From Candidatus Chisholmbacteria bacterium (GTDB lineage: Bacteria > Patescibacteriota > Microgenomatia > UBA1400 > Chisholmbacteraceae): a stretch of DNA of 64,000 nucleotides. Made by a program: the position numbers and the translations under genes. Shown one piece after another: positions 19,906 through 28,710 of this stretch. The stretch covers positions 707,438 through 771,437 of the forward strand of contig CAVPHZ010000001.1 in assembly GCA_963704905.1 (NCBI GenBank), read 5' to 3'. Each line of letters begins with the position of its first letter. Within the stretch, counting starts at the first letter, position 1. Under the pieces are notes generated by a model that saw only the letters and a list, made by a program, of their open reading frames with translations, did no database searches and was not told the DNA's origin.

Positions 19906-20064
19906 GCGAATCATTTAAAGCTAATCAGTACTTGACAGTCACTCGTTTGGCTGTAAGAATACAAGAGATTCAATCCTCTCATTTTTTCTGAGCAGATATA
20001 GGCAAATTTTTTCGAACGCATGACTTACACACTATTTCATTTCTAATTAACCTTTTATTGCACT

Positions 20065-21591
20065 ATGGCAGTACGATCAACTCGATCCAGAGCGCCAAAA
20101 ACCACAATCAGCACAGCAACAAAAACAGAATCTTCGAAGGCAACTGAGGTAGTGAAAAAGCGAACAACAAAGACACCGTCGAAAGTTTCCCCTCAAGTAG
20201 ATCCTCCGGCAAGCGATGTTACAACAAAAGATCTTGTGGGTGATACCCCAAAGGCGGTTGTGATAACTCCGGTTGAGACAGCTACAGAACCCATAAAAGA
20301 AAAGGCAGCACCACTACCTTCTGAAGTAGCAACTCCACCTGTTGACACTCGACCAGGGCGAATTGATGAGAGACAACGATATGGTAGAGGGAGACGCCGG
20401 TTTGATGGCAGGGTTGATGATCGAGTCATCCCTGATGCAGGAGTACCAACCGAGAAAGTCAAAGGGGTTTTGGACTCTAAAAATGAAGGACATGGATTGC
20501 TTCGTCCTTCGTTTCATCCCAGTAATAATGATATCTACATTTCTTCTTCACAAATTCGTCGGTTTGCTCTGCGACCAGGAGACGTTGTGGAGGGTCCGGC
20601 GAGAAAACCTAAAGAGAATGAGCGCTATTGGGGACTGTTGAAAGTTGAGACGGTCAATGGTGAGAAGGTTGCTGATATGCGAGAGCGAGCGCATTTTGAT
20701 CGCCTCACTCCGATATTTCCCGATGAAAAGTTGGTCCTTGAGACTGGAAAGGAGCCATTTTCTACCCGACTTATCGATCTGGTTGCACCAATCGGAAAAG
20801 GGCAGAGAGGACTTATCGTTTCTCCACCGAAAGCAGGAAAGACGACGATTTTAAAAGATATTGCGCTTGGAGTTGCAACCAATTATCCAGACATCCACAT
20901 CATGGGTGTCCTTATCGGTGAACGACCAGAGGAGGTTACCGATATTCGACGACACCTTGAAAGGGTTACCGGTGGAAAGGGAGAGGTGGCTGCAAGTAAC
21001 TTTGATGAACCGGCAGAGCAACAAACTAATATTGCCGAGGTCGCGTTAGAACGTGCCAAACGGCTTGTGGAGATGGGACGTGATGTTGTGATGGTTTTAG
21101 ATTCTATTACCCGTTTAGCGCGAGCATACAATTTGGCCATTCCAACTTCTGGTCGGACGCTTTCAGGAGGGTTTGATCCCGCAGCACTTTATCCACCAAA
21201 GCGTTTCTTTGGTGCGGCGAGGAATTTTGAACCTTTTGAAACCATGGATGGAAAGAAACATGGATCCCTTACAATTTTGGGAACGACATTGGTTGATACT
21301 GGAAGCCGGATGGATGATCTGATCTATGAAGAGTTTAAAGGTACGGGAAATATGGAGCTTCATCTTGATCGGCGTTTAGCAGAGCGGCGCGTGTTCCCTT
21401 CCATTGATGTCCAGCGGTCTGGGACGCGGAAAGAAGAACTGCTGTTTAATAACTCTGAGTATCAGAGCGTTGTGATGATGCGGCGGATGATTGATGTGTT
21501 AAACAAGGACGAACGAGCCGATATTCTTTTGGATCGGATTCGGAATACGAAGAACAATAAAGAGTTTTTGGCTTCACTTAAAGAGGGATAG
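20065..21591 (+). CDS. rho: Transcription termination factor Rho with low-complexity N-terminal extension
   Basis: DIYISSSQIRRF, PIGKGQRGLIVSPPKAGKT, LDSITRLARAYN and YEEFKGTGNMEL. Confidence 0.97.
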   Translation: MAVRSTRSRAPKTTISTATKTESSKATEVVKKRTTKTPSKVSPQVDPPASDVTTKDLVGDTPKAVVITPVETATEPIKEKAAPLPSEVATPPVDTRPGRIDERQRYGRGRRRFDGRVDDRVIPDAGVPTEKVKGVLDSKNEGHGLLRPSFHPSNNDIYISSSQIRRFALRPGDVVEGPARKPKENERYWGLLKVETVNGEKVADMRERAHFDRLTPIFPDEKLVLETGKEPFSTRLIDLVAPIGKGQRGLIVSPPKAGKTTILKDIALGVATNYPDIHIMGVLIGERPEEVTDIRRHLERVTGGKGEVAASNFDEPAEQQTNIAEVALERAKRLVEMGRDVVMVLDSITRLARAYNLAIPTSGRTLSGGFDPAALYPPKRFFGAARNFEPFETMDGKKHGSLTILGTTLVDTGSRMDDLIYEEFKGTGNMELHLDRRLAERRVFPSIDVQRSGTRKEELLFNNSEYQSVVMMRRMIDVLNKDERADILLDRIRNTKNNKEFLASLKEG

Positions 21592-21608
21592 GCTTCAGAT
21601 TTCAGGTT

Positions 21609-22943
21609 TCAATGATTACTTTTTAGCCAATTGCAGAGGATTGGAAAATGCCTTCGTGCTTTTGCTTTACTTATTTCTTTCAGGACTTTGAGTCCGTTGG
21701 CCGCAAGGAAGGTGAGTGCCAATATGGTCGGTGTGTAATAGCGATCAAAACCTCTGAAGGTTATTAGTGCATAATGGCTATTTGAAATGAGGATAAGTAT
21801 AAGAAGTAGCAGGAGAATTGTTTTTCGTTGTTTTGAGTGGTTCATTTTGACCTGTATCATATCGATGATTCCGATAGATGACAGTATTGCAAAGACCAGC
21901 GCTAGTAGATGAGAAGACTGCGGTTTAATTAATACCTTCAAGGCTCGTCCAGGCGTTGCATACCATGGTTGTTTTCCGAAGAAGGAATAAAATCTCTCTT
22001 GCTGCACAACGCGCGCATTGAAGAGTAAATAGGTATTTTGTAGTGGTTTGTCTCTGAGTTCCGGTTCAAAAAAGACGAAAAAAATAGAGAAACTGAGTAC
22101 AAACAATGTCAGAAAGATGGCTGAGCTTTTTAGTGTTGGGTAGTCGATTTTTTTTGGTCCCTTCATATATGCAAACAGGTTTATGAGTATGAGTAGTGGT
22201 AGTGGGAGTAGTAATAGATAGCCGCCATTTAATTTGATGCTGGTGGCTGTGGCTGTTAGACCACCTAGTCCAACTGCTGCGAGATGTTGCATAGAACGAG
22301 AGAGCGTTTGAAAACGGGAAAAGAACAGGTACATTCCAATCACTGTGACAACAAGAATAAAAAGTGAGGGGCTATTCATGAGTGCGAGTCGGTACGTTTC
22401 AAAAAATACCGATCTAGTAGATAGGAAGAGTAGAGCTGCTGATGCGATGAGAAAGCTTTTTGTCCAGAGCCCAATGCTGGTACTTATAATGACTATCATG
22501 AGGAAACCAAGGAATGCATAGATTGGTCGTAGCAAACGAATAGCGGTGATCAACTCTGGTGGAATAATATCGTTGATCTGATCAAGGGGTACCCCTTCCG
22601 GAAGTTGGCTGCTTGCAAAACTCCGCAGGAGTTCCTTTGTATTTCCAAAGCTGGTTGCACTTATTCCTTTGTTATCAAGGATAAATCCTGCGAGATACCT
22701 TCCAAACTGTGGTTGGTCGAGCAGCTGAAATTCAGCTGACCACCATGGGTAGGTTTCTACTTCAGGTACGATATGGAATTTTTCCATTTGACCGGATTTA
22801 CGAAAGAAATAGAATTGAGAATTTAGCGTATATGGTACTTCGTCAGGATTTAAGCCAATTCGTTCGATATTATGAAACCAGAAGTTTGCTGTAACGAATA
22901 TTGTGGTAATAAAGATCAATAGCGGTAATGATTTTTGATGCAT
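21609..22943 (-). CDS. GT-C fold glycosyltransferase (third paralog)
   Basis: NPDE, DQPQFGRYLAG, SIKLNG and DRYY motifs; multi-pass membrane protein. Confidence 0.7.
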   Translation of the reverse strand: MHQKSLPLLIFITTIFVTANFWFHNIERIGLNPDEVPYTLNSQFYFFRKSGQMEKFHIVPEVETYPWWSAEFQLLDQPQFGRYLAGFILDNKGISATSFGNTKELLRSFASSQLPEGVPLDQINDIIPPELITAIRLLRPIYAFLGFLMIVIISTSIGLWTKSFLIASAALLFLSTRSVFFETYRLALMNSPSLFILVVTVIGMYLFFSRFQTLSRSMQHLAAVGLGGLTATATSIKLNGGYLLLLPLPLLILINLFAYMKGPKKIDYPTLKSSAIFLTLFVLSFSIFFVFFEPELRDKPLQNTYLLFNARVVQQERFYSFFGKQPWYATPGRALKVLIKPQSSHLLALVFAILSSIGIIDMIQVKMNHSKQRKTILLLLLILILISNSHYALITFRGFDRYYTPTILALTFLAANGLKVLKEISKAKARRHFPILCNWLKSNH

Positions 22944-23076
22944 TTGAGGGTTAGTATGACTGTAGCAATATTAAGCTAATAAGACCATGCCTTTCTGATG
23001 ATTTTGGGAGATTATTGCGTTGCATGTGTCGTGGTGATGTGTTACCATCGTTGCGCTTCCCTCAGCAGAGGGGATT

Positions 23077-24180
23077 ATGCACTTTTTGTTCCGACAGGAC
23101 TCATCAGTCTTTGTTTATTCTCAAGCAATTCGTTCATACCTCACGTATCGGTTGGGTGGGGCGTTTTGGTGGTTTGAAGGTGTGAAGAGGGCAGTTGTAT
23201 CTATCTTGTATCGACGACGTGGACGGTATGCTCAGCCATTTGTGCATTCAGCTATGGCAGGGTTAGTTTTTGCTGGTGTGACGTTTGGTCCATTATTCAT
23301 TGCTCAAACTTTTCCTGGTCAGGCGGCAGAATTAAATGAACAACTTCCTTCTGAGGTTGTATTGGGAACTACGTCTGAACTAGCCCGAGGAACCCTGACA
23401 AATATTTCCGAGAAACCTCGGGCAGAGATCCTTGAGTATGAGGTCCAAGGTGGAGATACGGTGTCGACGATTGCGGAGAAGTTTGGTGTGACCATTGATA
23501 CGATTCTTTGGTCAAACGACATGACAGAAACAACCAAAATTAAACCTGGCCAAACGTTGCAGGTACCTCCAGTTACTGGGATTGTTCACACCGTCCGCAA
23601 AGGGGATACCATTTATTCCATCTCGAAAAAATATGATGCTGGTGCGCAGGCAATTGTTGACTATCCGTTTAACACATTTACCAACGATGAGACCTTTGCA
23701 TTGGCAGTTGGTCAGACGATCATCGTTCCTGATGGAGCATTGCCTGATGTGAAACCGGTATCTCCGAGAACGACGTTAGCGAAACTTAAGACGCCGGATG
23801 CCGGTGCGGTTTCGGCTACTGGGAATTTTGTTTGGCCGGCAGCTGGGAATATTTCGCAAGGGTTTGCTTGGTATCATAAAGGAGTTGATATTGCGAATAA
23901 GGCTGGGGGAGCGATATTGGCTGCCGATTCCGGGACAGTTGTATTGGCTGGATGGCCTGATAATCAAGGCTATGCAAATCGAGTGATTCTCGATCACGGA
24001 AATGGATTTCGTACCCTGTATGCGCATATGTCGAAAGTGAGTGTTCAGGCTGGGCAGACGGTGAATCGCGGAGATGTGATTGGGATGATGGGATGTACCG
24101 GTCGTTGTACGGGAACGCATCTTCATTTTGAAATCATTCAAAATGGAGGGCGAGTGAATGCGTTGAGTTATCTTCAGTAA
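23077..24180 (+). CDS. LysM-containing M23 family peptidase
   Basis: Two LysM repeats (YEVQGGDTVSTIAEKFG; HTVRKGDTIYSISKKY), plus HKGVD, YAHM and HLHFE motifs. Confidence 0.95.
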   Translation: MHFLFRQDSSVFVYSQAIRSYLTYRLGGAFWWFEGVKRAVVSILYRRRGRYAQPFVHSAMAGLVFAGVTFGPLFIAQTFPGQAAELNEQLPSEVVLGTTSELARGTLTNISEKPRAEILEYEVQGGDTVSTIAEKFGVTIDTILWSNDMTETTKIKPGQTLQVPPVTGIVHTVRKGDTIYSISKKYDAGAQAIVDYPFNTFTNDETFALAVGQTIIVPDGALPDVKPVSPRTTLAKLKTPDAGAVSATGNFVWPAAGNISQGFAWYHKGVDIANKAGGAILAADSGTVVLAGWPDNQGYANRVILDHGNGFRTLYAHMSKVSVQAGQTVNRGDVIGMMGCTGRCTGTHLHFEIIQNGGRVNALSYLQ

Positions 24181-24612
24181 TGTTGTTACTTCTTTACTCA
24201 CATTCTTTCGAAATACTCAGGACAAGCGAAAGAAGTAACTCCTCCGGAGGCGGACAGGCAAGAAAGTGAGCTGCTAAGAATATTTTTCAGGAATGTTTAG
24301 AGCTCATCTATGCAATCTCACTTGCCGAGTTTGACTCGGCAGCGCTACTTTATTGCCGATCTTGTAATGAGAATTAAGTCTATCAACGACATTCAAATCA
24401 CTTTTAGATGCTGGTGGCAGAGATCGCATGCTTAATGAATTCGCTCTTTCATCCTTAATAAAATATTCCTGAGCGAAATTACTCTATACATAATATGTCT
24501 TACTACATACTTGACCAACTTGCTGCGTTACTGGGCTGAGAAAGCAAAGAGACTACAATTTAAAGCAATAATATTAATGTTCAGTGTGTTATGTATTGAT
24601 CTAGTATGAAGA

Positions 24613-24858
24613 TTATTGATCTGTTTTACAAGTGTAGACTTGGCAGCCGTCTGGGTTGGTTGCAAGTGTCCATTTTGAAGCACAAACGTGACCCCGCGGA
24701 ATTTTTGGAATAGTGCAGAACTCAGGGTTATAGGCACGGGAGACAAATTGGGATGGATTGAAGGCTACCCAGGCTACCAGTGGGAGCGTGAGGAGAGTTA
24801 CCAGGATAAAGATAATTGCAATGTATTTGTGCTCAGGGATGTGTTGGTTAAGTTTCAT
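24613..24858 (-). CDS. Small membrane-anchored Cys-containing protein
   Basis: One TM helix followed by four Cys residues. Confidence 0.55.
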   Translation of the reverse strand: MKLNQHIPEHKYIAIIFILVTLLTLPLVAWVAFNPSQFVSRAYNPEFCTIPKIPRGHVCASKWTLATNPDGCQVYTCKTDQ

Positions 24859-25081
24859 GAGTACTATGAGAGTAGATGATTTCTGCTCAAGATGTCAAGT
24901 AATATCTTCGGTTGGGAAGACGTATCATGTGTTGAATCTTCGTGATGCGTTCACATTCGTTTAAAGAGAGAATATTTGTGTTTGTGGGGGAGCAGAGACG
25001 ATAAGCTAGATTCACGATCGCGAATTCAAGGTTGCGTTTTGAATATTTCTTTTGAGAGAGATCGTAATTTTGGAAGAAGAG

Positions 25082-25255
25082 TTAGTCTTTCTTTTGGTAT
25101 TTGGCGAACTGGCGTTCTTTTGCCTGCTGGCGTGCGCGGCAAATGGTGCAGTAGGTTGGTTTTTGCACGCCTTTTTGCCGGTAAAACTCCTGTTCGCCTT
25201 CGGTCCAGACGAATTCCTGTTTGCAGTCCTGGCAAGTGAGGGTGAGATCTGGCAT
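25082..25255 (-). CDS. 57-aa zinc-ribbon protein (zf-trcl-like)
   Basis: MPDLTLTCQDCKQEFVWTEGEQEFYRQKGVQKPTYCTICRAR...; below the ORF-track cutoff. Confidence 0.85.
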   Translation of the reverse strand: MPDLTLTCQDCKQEFVWTEGEQEFYRQKGVQKPTYCTICRARQQAKERQFAKYQKKD

Positions 25256-25315
25256 GGGTGTAGTTTTTAGATGACTGATGACGGATTACAGATAACGAAT
25301 TCAATCTTTTTGATT

Positions 25316-25391
25316 TGGTGGACCGTAGCGGGGTCGAACCGCTGACCTTTTGCATGCCATGCAAACGCTCTACCAACTGAGCTAACGGCCC
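25316..25391 (-). tRNA. tRNA-Ala(GGC)
   Basis: 76-nt cloverleaf GGGCCGT...ACGGTCCACCA, G3-U70 pair, anticodon loop ATGGCAT, encoded CCA. Confidence 0.95.
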
Positions 25392-25790
25392 TTCGCAGTT
25401 ACACTGCTCAGGGTAATAAACCCTTCGTCATTTTGTTCCTCAGGATAAACCAATCGTTTTCTTCAATATTATGTTCTCAAGGTAACGAACCTTTAAAGAT
25501 AATCCTTGTTAATTCTCGGGCTTATCGAGAATAGGTTTTTATTTTAACACACGAGTTTGAATTTCCTATACACTCATATTATATATATGAAAGAGTTAAG
25601 TTCATCTCAAAAGTCAGCTGTATTTAAGCGTTTGTTCTTTGCGTGGTTTGTTAGTTCTCTATTCATCATTGGAATTCACTCAGCACATACTGAATATTTG
25701 AACTCTGGACTGAGCTAAGTCATTGCTGTTATTTATTACACGTTGATCTAGATATATATTGGGATACTTTGTTTACTATACATATGGTTA

Positions 25791-26081
25791 TTGTTGAAGC
25801 TAAGATCACTGAAGCAAATATTCACTTCACGGCTTGTATGTTCACTTCTTATCATTGGAATTGATTATGTTGATACTGAATATCGGTTAGTTAAGCCAGC
25901 TCATGCTTTTGATGGGATTTTGTTCATTGCGTTCACCTTTCTGGTACTGACGAATATCGGATTGTTTGTTGTTCTATTATTCAAGTCTTTTCGACATAAG
26001 CTCATCTTTTTCACTAGCTTGTTGCTGGCAATTCTGTTTCTCTGGTATATGGTTGGTCGAATTTCCTGGTTAATTTTGTAG
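25791..26081 (+). CDS. Small 3-TM hypothetical protein
   Basis: Hydrophobic ORF; a similar degenerate stretch (ATCATTGGAATT...ATACTGAATAT) lies just upstream at about 25665-25700. Confidence 0.45.
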   Translation: MLKLRSLKQIFTSRLVCSLLIIGIDYVDTEYRLVKPAHAFDGILFIAFTFLVLTNIGLFVVLLFKSFRHKLIFFTSLLLAILFLWYMVGRISWLIL

Positions 26082-26153
26082 CCGTTCAGTTGGAGCGGTT
26101 TTGATCGATATTTCATACTCCATACTTCATTCTCTATACTCTATACTTGATCC

Positions 26154-27326
26154 ATGACTGAGTTGTTGCCGTTTTTTATAATTTTGTTTGCTGGGGTTTT
26201 CTTTTCAGTTGTATTCCGCCGGATCCATGTGCCGTGGGTGGTAGCGTTGATTGTAGGAGGGATTTTGTTGGGACCGCATGGGTTGAATGTGCTGTCTGTG
26301 ACACCAACGGTTGAGTTTATCTCGCAGATTGGGTTGATCTTCCTGATGTTTATGGCTGGGCTGGAGACGCGACTCAGCAGTTTTGCAAAATTTCAAAAAG
26401 GTTTGCTTTGGCTGTCGTTTGTGAATGGATTTGTACCATTTTTAGTGGGGGTGGGCATAGGTTTGCTTTTCGGTTATGGCTGGGTTTCGTCACTTCTGGT
26501 GGGAATCATTTTTGTATCATCATCGATCGCGGTGGTTATTCCATCGCTAGAGTCGTTTGACCTGTTGCATACAAAACTTGGTCAAGCAGTGGTAATGACT
26601 AGCGTAATTCAAGATGTAGCAAGTTTGGTGATGCTTTCTTTCCTACTGCAAAACATCAGACCTATCGCTAATATTTCGTTGGTGGTGTTTTATCCGTTGT
26701 TGATCATTGTGTTGGTGGTTTTTCGTTATGTCTTGCCCAAGATAAGCCGGTTTTTGATTTCATCATTGTCGGGAAGTGGGGATGTATTTCAACAAGACTT
26801 CCGATCGACATTTTTGATTTTGATTGGTACTGTTTTGGCTTTTGAGCTTCTTGGTTTGCATCCGATTATTGCTGGGTTTTTTGCTGGGTTGGTACTGTCA
26901 CAAACGATCAAAAGCAAAATCTTAAAGGTGAAGATTCGGACGATCAGCTATGGCATATTTATTCCTACCTTTTTCCTGATCATCGGTGCAAAAACCGATA
27001 TTGGAGTGTTTAAAGACGTTGTGGGTACCTTGCCAATCATCCTTTCGGTGGTCTTTGGTTCGGTGCTTTCTAAATTGTTAAGTGGATGGGTTGGGGGTCG
27101 TATGGTTGGCTATTCTGGGGATGAGTCGTTGTTGTTTGCTGTGTCGTCAGTGCCGCAGCTCTCGACAACCTTGGCAGTGGCTTTTACAGCACTTTCACTT
27201 GGCTATATTGATCAAAAGTTAATCACTGCTATGGTGGTGTTGTCGGTGGCGACTGTGCTGGTTAGCCCAACGTTGATGGCGCTATTTGAGAGGAGAATCA
27301 AGGGAGCAATAGAGACGAGATCGTGA
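26154..27326 (+). CDS. Cation:proton antiporter (CPA2 / Na_H_Exchanger family)
   Basis: GGILLGPHGL, IGLIFLMFMAGLE, SSSIAVV, IQD and IAGFFAGL motifs; about 12-13 TM segments. Confidence 0.9.
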   Translation: MTELLPFFIILFAGVFFSVVFRRIHVPWVVALIVGGILLGPHGLNVLSVTPTVEFISQIGLIFLMFMAGLETRLSSFAKFQKGLLWLSFVNGFVPFLVGVGIGLLFGYGWVSSLLVGIIFVSSSIAVVIPSLESFDLLHTKLGQAVVMTSVIQDVASLVMLSFLLQNIRPIANISLVVFYPLLIIVLVVFRYVLPKISRFLISSLSGSGDVFQQDFRSTFLILIGTVLAFELLGLHPIIAGFFAGLVLSQTIKSKILKVKIRTISYGIFIPTFFLIIGAKTDIGVFKDVVGTLPIILSVVFGSVLSKLLSGWVGGRMVGYSGDESLLFAVSSVPQLSTTLAVAFTALSLGYIDQKLITAMVVLSVATVLVSPTLMALFERRIKGAIETRS

Positions 27327-27445
27327 TGAGGTGGGTTTGGGTGTTATTGGTGGTGTTGTCGGTGGCGATGGTAATAGGGATAAGCGTGGATGATTGGTTG
27401 GTGGTGAAAGTTGGTTAATATTTTGAATGTCCCCTCTGCAAAATT

Positions 27446-27527
27446 TGTGGACGGGAGACCTAGCCGGGGTCGAACCGCTGACCTTTTGCATGCCATGCAA
27501 ACGCTCTACCAACTGAGCTAACGGCCC
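27446..27527 (-). pseudogene. tRNA-Ala(GGC) partial duplicate with disrupted 3' end
   Basis: 27465-27527 is identical to 25329-25391 (63 nt); the 3' acceptor strand and CCA are scrambled. Confidence 0.85.
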
Positions 27528-27635
27528 TGTAAAATGAAATATCAAAGAGATTTTACAGGGTAAACCCTTCTTGATTCTGATAAAAACTTTCAGGATATAC
27601 CTCAAAAACTTTCACACTTCTCCTGTGTTCTTTGG

Positions 27636-28325
27636 CTATTTTAGCATACCAGAGGGATCGGTTTTTGCCTTAGGTTTAGGCTTTTTTATATCGAATTTGA
27701 TCTCGTGCATTTCAGCAAAGGTTCCTGGTTTTTCTTTGATGCCGAGGAAGATGTCAGTGATCATTCCCCGGTGAAATGGCCATTCAAACTCTAGATTTTT
27801 TAGGCTGGTAAATGATTCCTTGGCTTTGGCGATGATGAGATAGGGATTGTAATGACTCACGTATGGCCAGCCGAATTCTTTGAGGCTTGCATGTTCAGTG
27901 GGGTCGAGATAGTAGGAGTCATTAAGGTATTTTTGCTTGAAGTACCCTTCCCGTAAGGGATTGAGAATATCGATGATGGAGGTTTGCACCATTTTTAATA
28001 GCTCATGATCCTCGCCCCAGACAATGACAAGCTTGTCGGTATCTTCGGTTTCCATCCAGGTAAAGTCGAACGGTTCGAAATCATGCATGAGCCGGTTTAA
28101 TTTATCAAACGCTTTACTGAAGTTCTTTTTTGGAATGACGCATTCATAGAGACGGGTATATGGTGGGGAAGTGGTCTGGTTGAGCGTGTATTCAACGTGT
28201 TCCCGCTTGGCAATGGTTTGTGAGAATCGTATGGCAGTTTGGGCTTGCTCTTCCGGCAATAGCGAGCCGACACTAAGGATGATGCCATCCTGTGTCATGA
28301 AGTTACCGTCATCATTTAGTTTCAT
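27636..28325 (-). CDS. 2H-phosphoesterase-like hypothetical protein with degenerate motifs
   Basis: PPYTRLY and YNPYLII occupy positions expected for the two PHxT motifs. Confidence 0.5.
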   Translation of the reverse strand: MKLNDDGNFMTQDGIILSVGSLLPEEQAQTAIRFSQTIAKREHVEYTLNQTTSPPYTRLYECVIPKKNFSKAFDKLNRLMHDFEPFDFTWMETEDTDKLVIVWGEDHELLKMVQTSIIDILNPLREGYFKQKYLNDSYYLDPTEHASLKEFGWPYVSHYNPYLIIAKAKESFTSLKNLEFEWPFHRGMITDIFLGIKEKPGTFAEMHEIKFDIKKPKPKAKTDPSGMLK

Positions 28326-28526
28326 TATCTTGTGTGCACTTTCTTCCTTGACTTGATCATACTCTTTTTATTGATTCCATAGTTCGTTATTTCACTGGGA
28401 TGTGGGGTTCTCCGAAGACTCTTGAGCCTGGAAAAAATGGCTAAAAGGTGAAAGGGGAAGCGCTTAACAGAATTCAATTTGGACGTGGGGGAGGAATCGT
28501 TTGAGATGAATATGAGTGCCTCTTTG

Positions 28527-28597
28527 TGGACTCACCGGGAGTCGAACCCGGAATCTACCCATGCGAAGGGTAAGGTATACCATTTACCTATGAGCCC
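28527..28597 (-). tRNA. tRNA-Ala(CGC), CCA not encoded
   Basis: GGGCTCA/TGAGTCC-A acceptor with G3-U70, anticodon arm TACCC-TTCGCAT-GGGTA, T-arm GGTTCGACTCC. Confidence 0.9.
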
Positions 28598-28652
28598 GTA
28601 TAGAGATTCATTTTAGCACAGAAAAAATCTTCTTTACTCGACTTTGTCGAAG

Positions 28653-28683
28653 AAAAAAGACCCGCTTTGATACGGGTCTTTTT
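28653..28683 (-). terminator. Intrinsic (bidirectional-type) terminator
   Basis: AAAAAAGACCCG-loop-CGGGTCTTTTT downstream of the TPR gene. Confidence 0.8.
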
Positions 28684-28710
28684 CAATTAATCTTTTTTTC
28701 AAGTATTTGA

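Noticed and set aside
25026-25376. 116-aa ORF (and the 107-aa ORF at 27282-27605)
   Set aside because: Spurious frames running through tRNA-Ala sequences; the real CDS here is the 57-aa zinc-ribbon gene.
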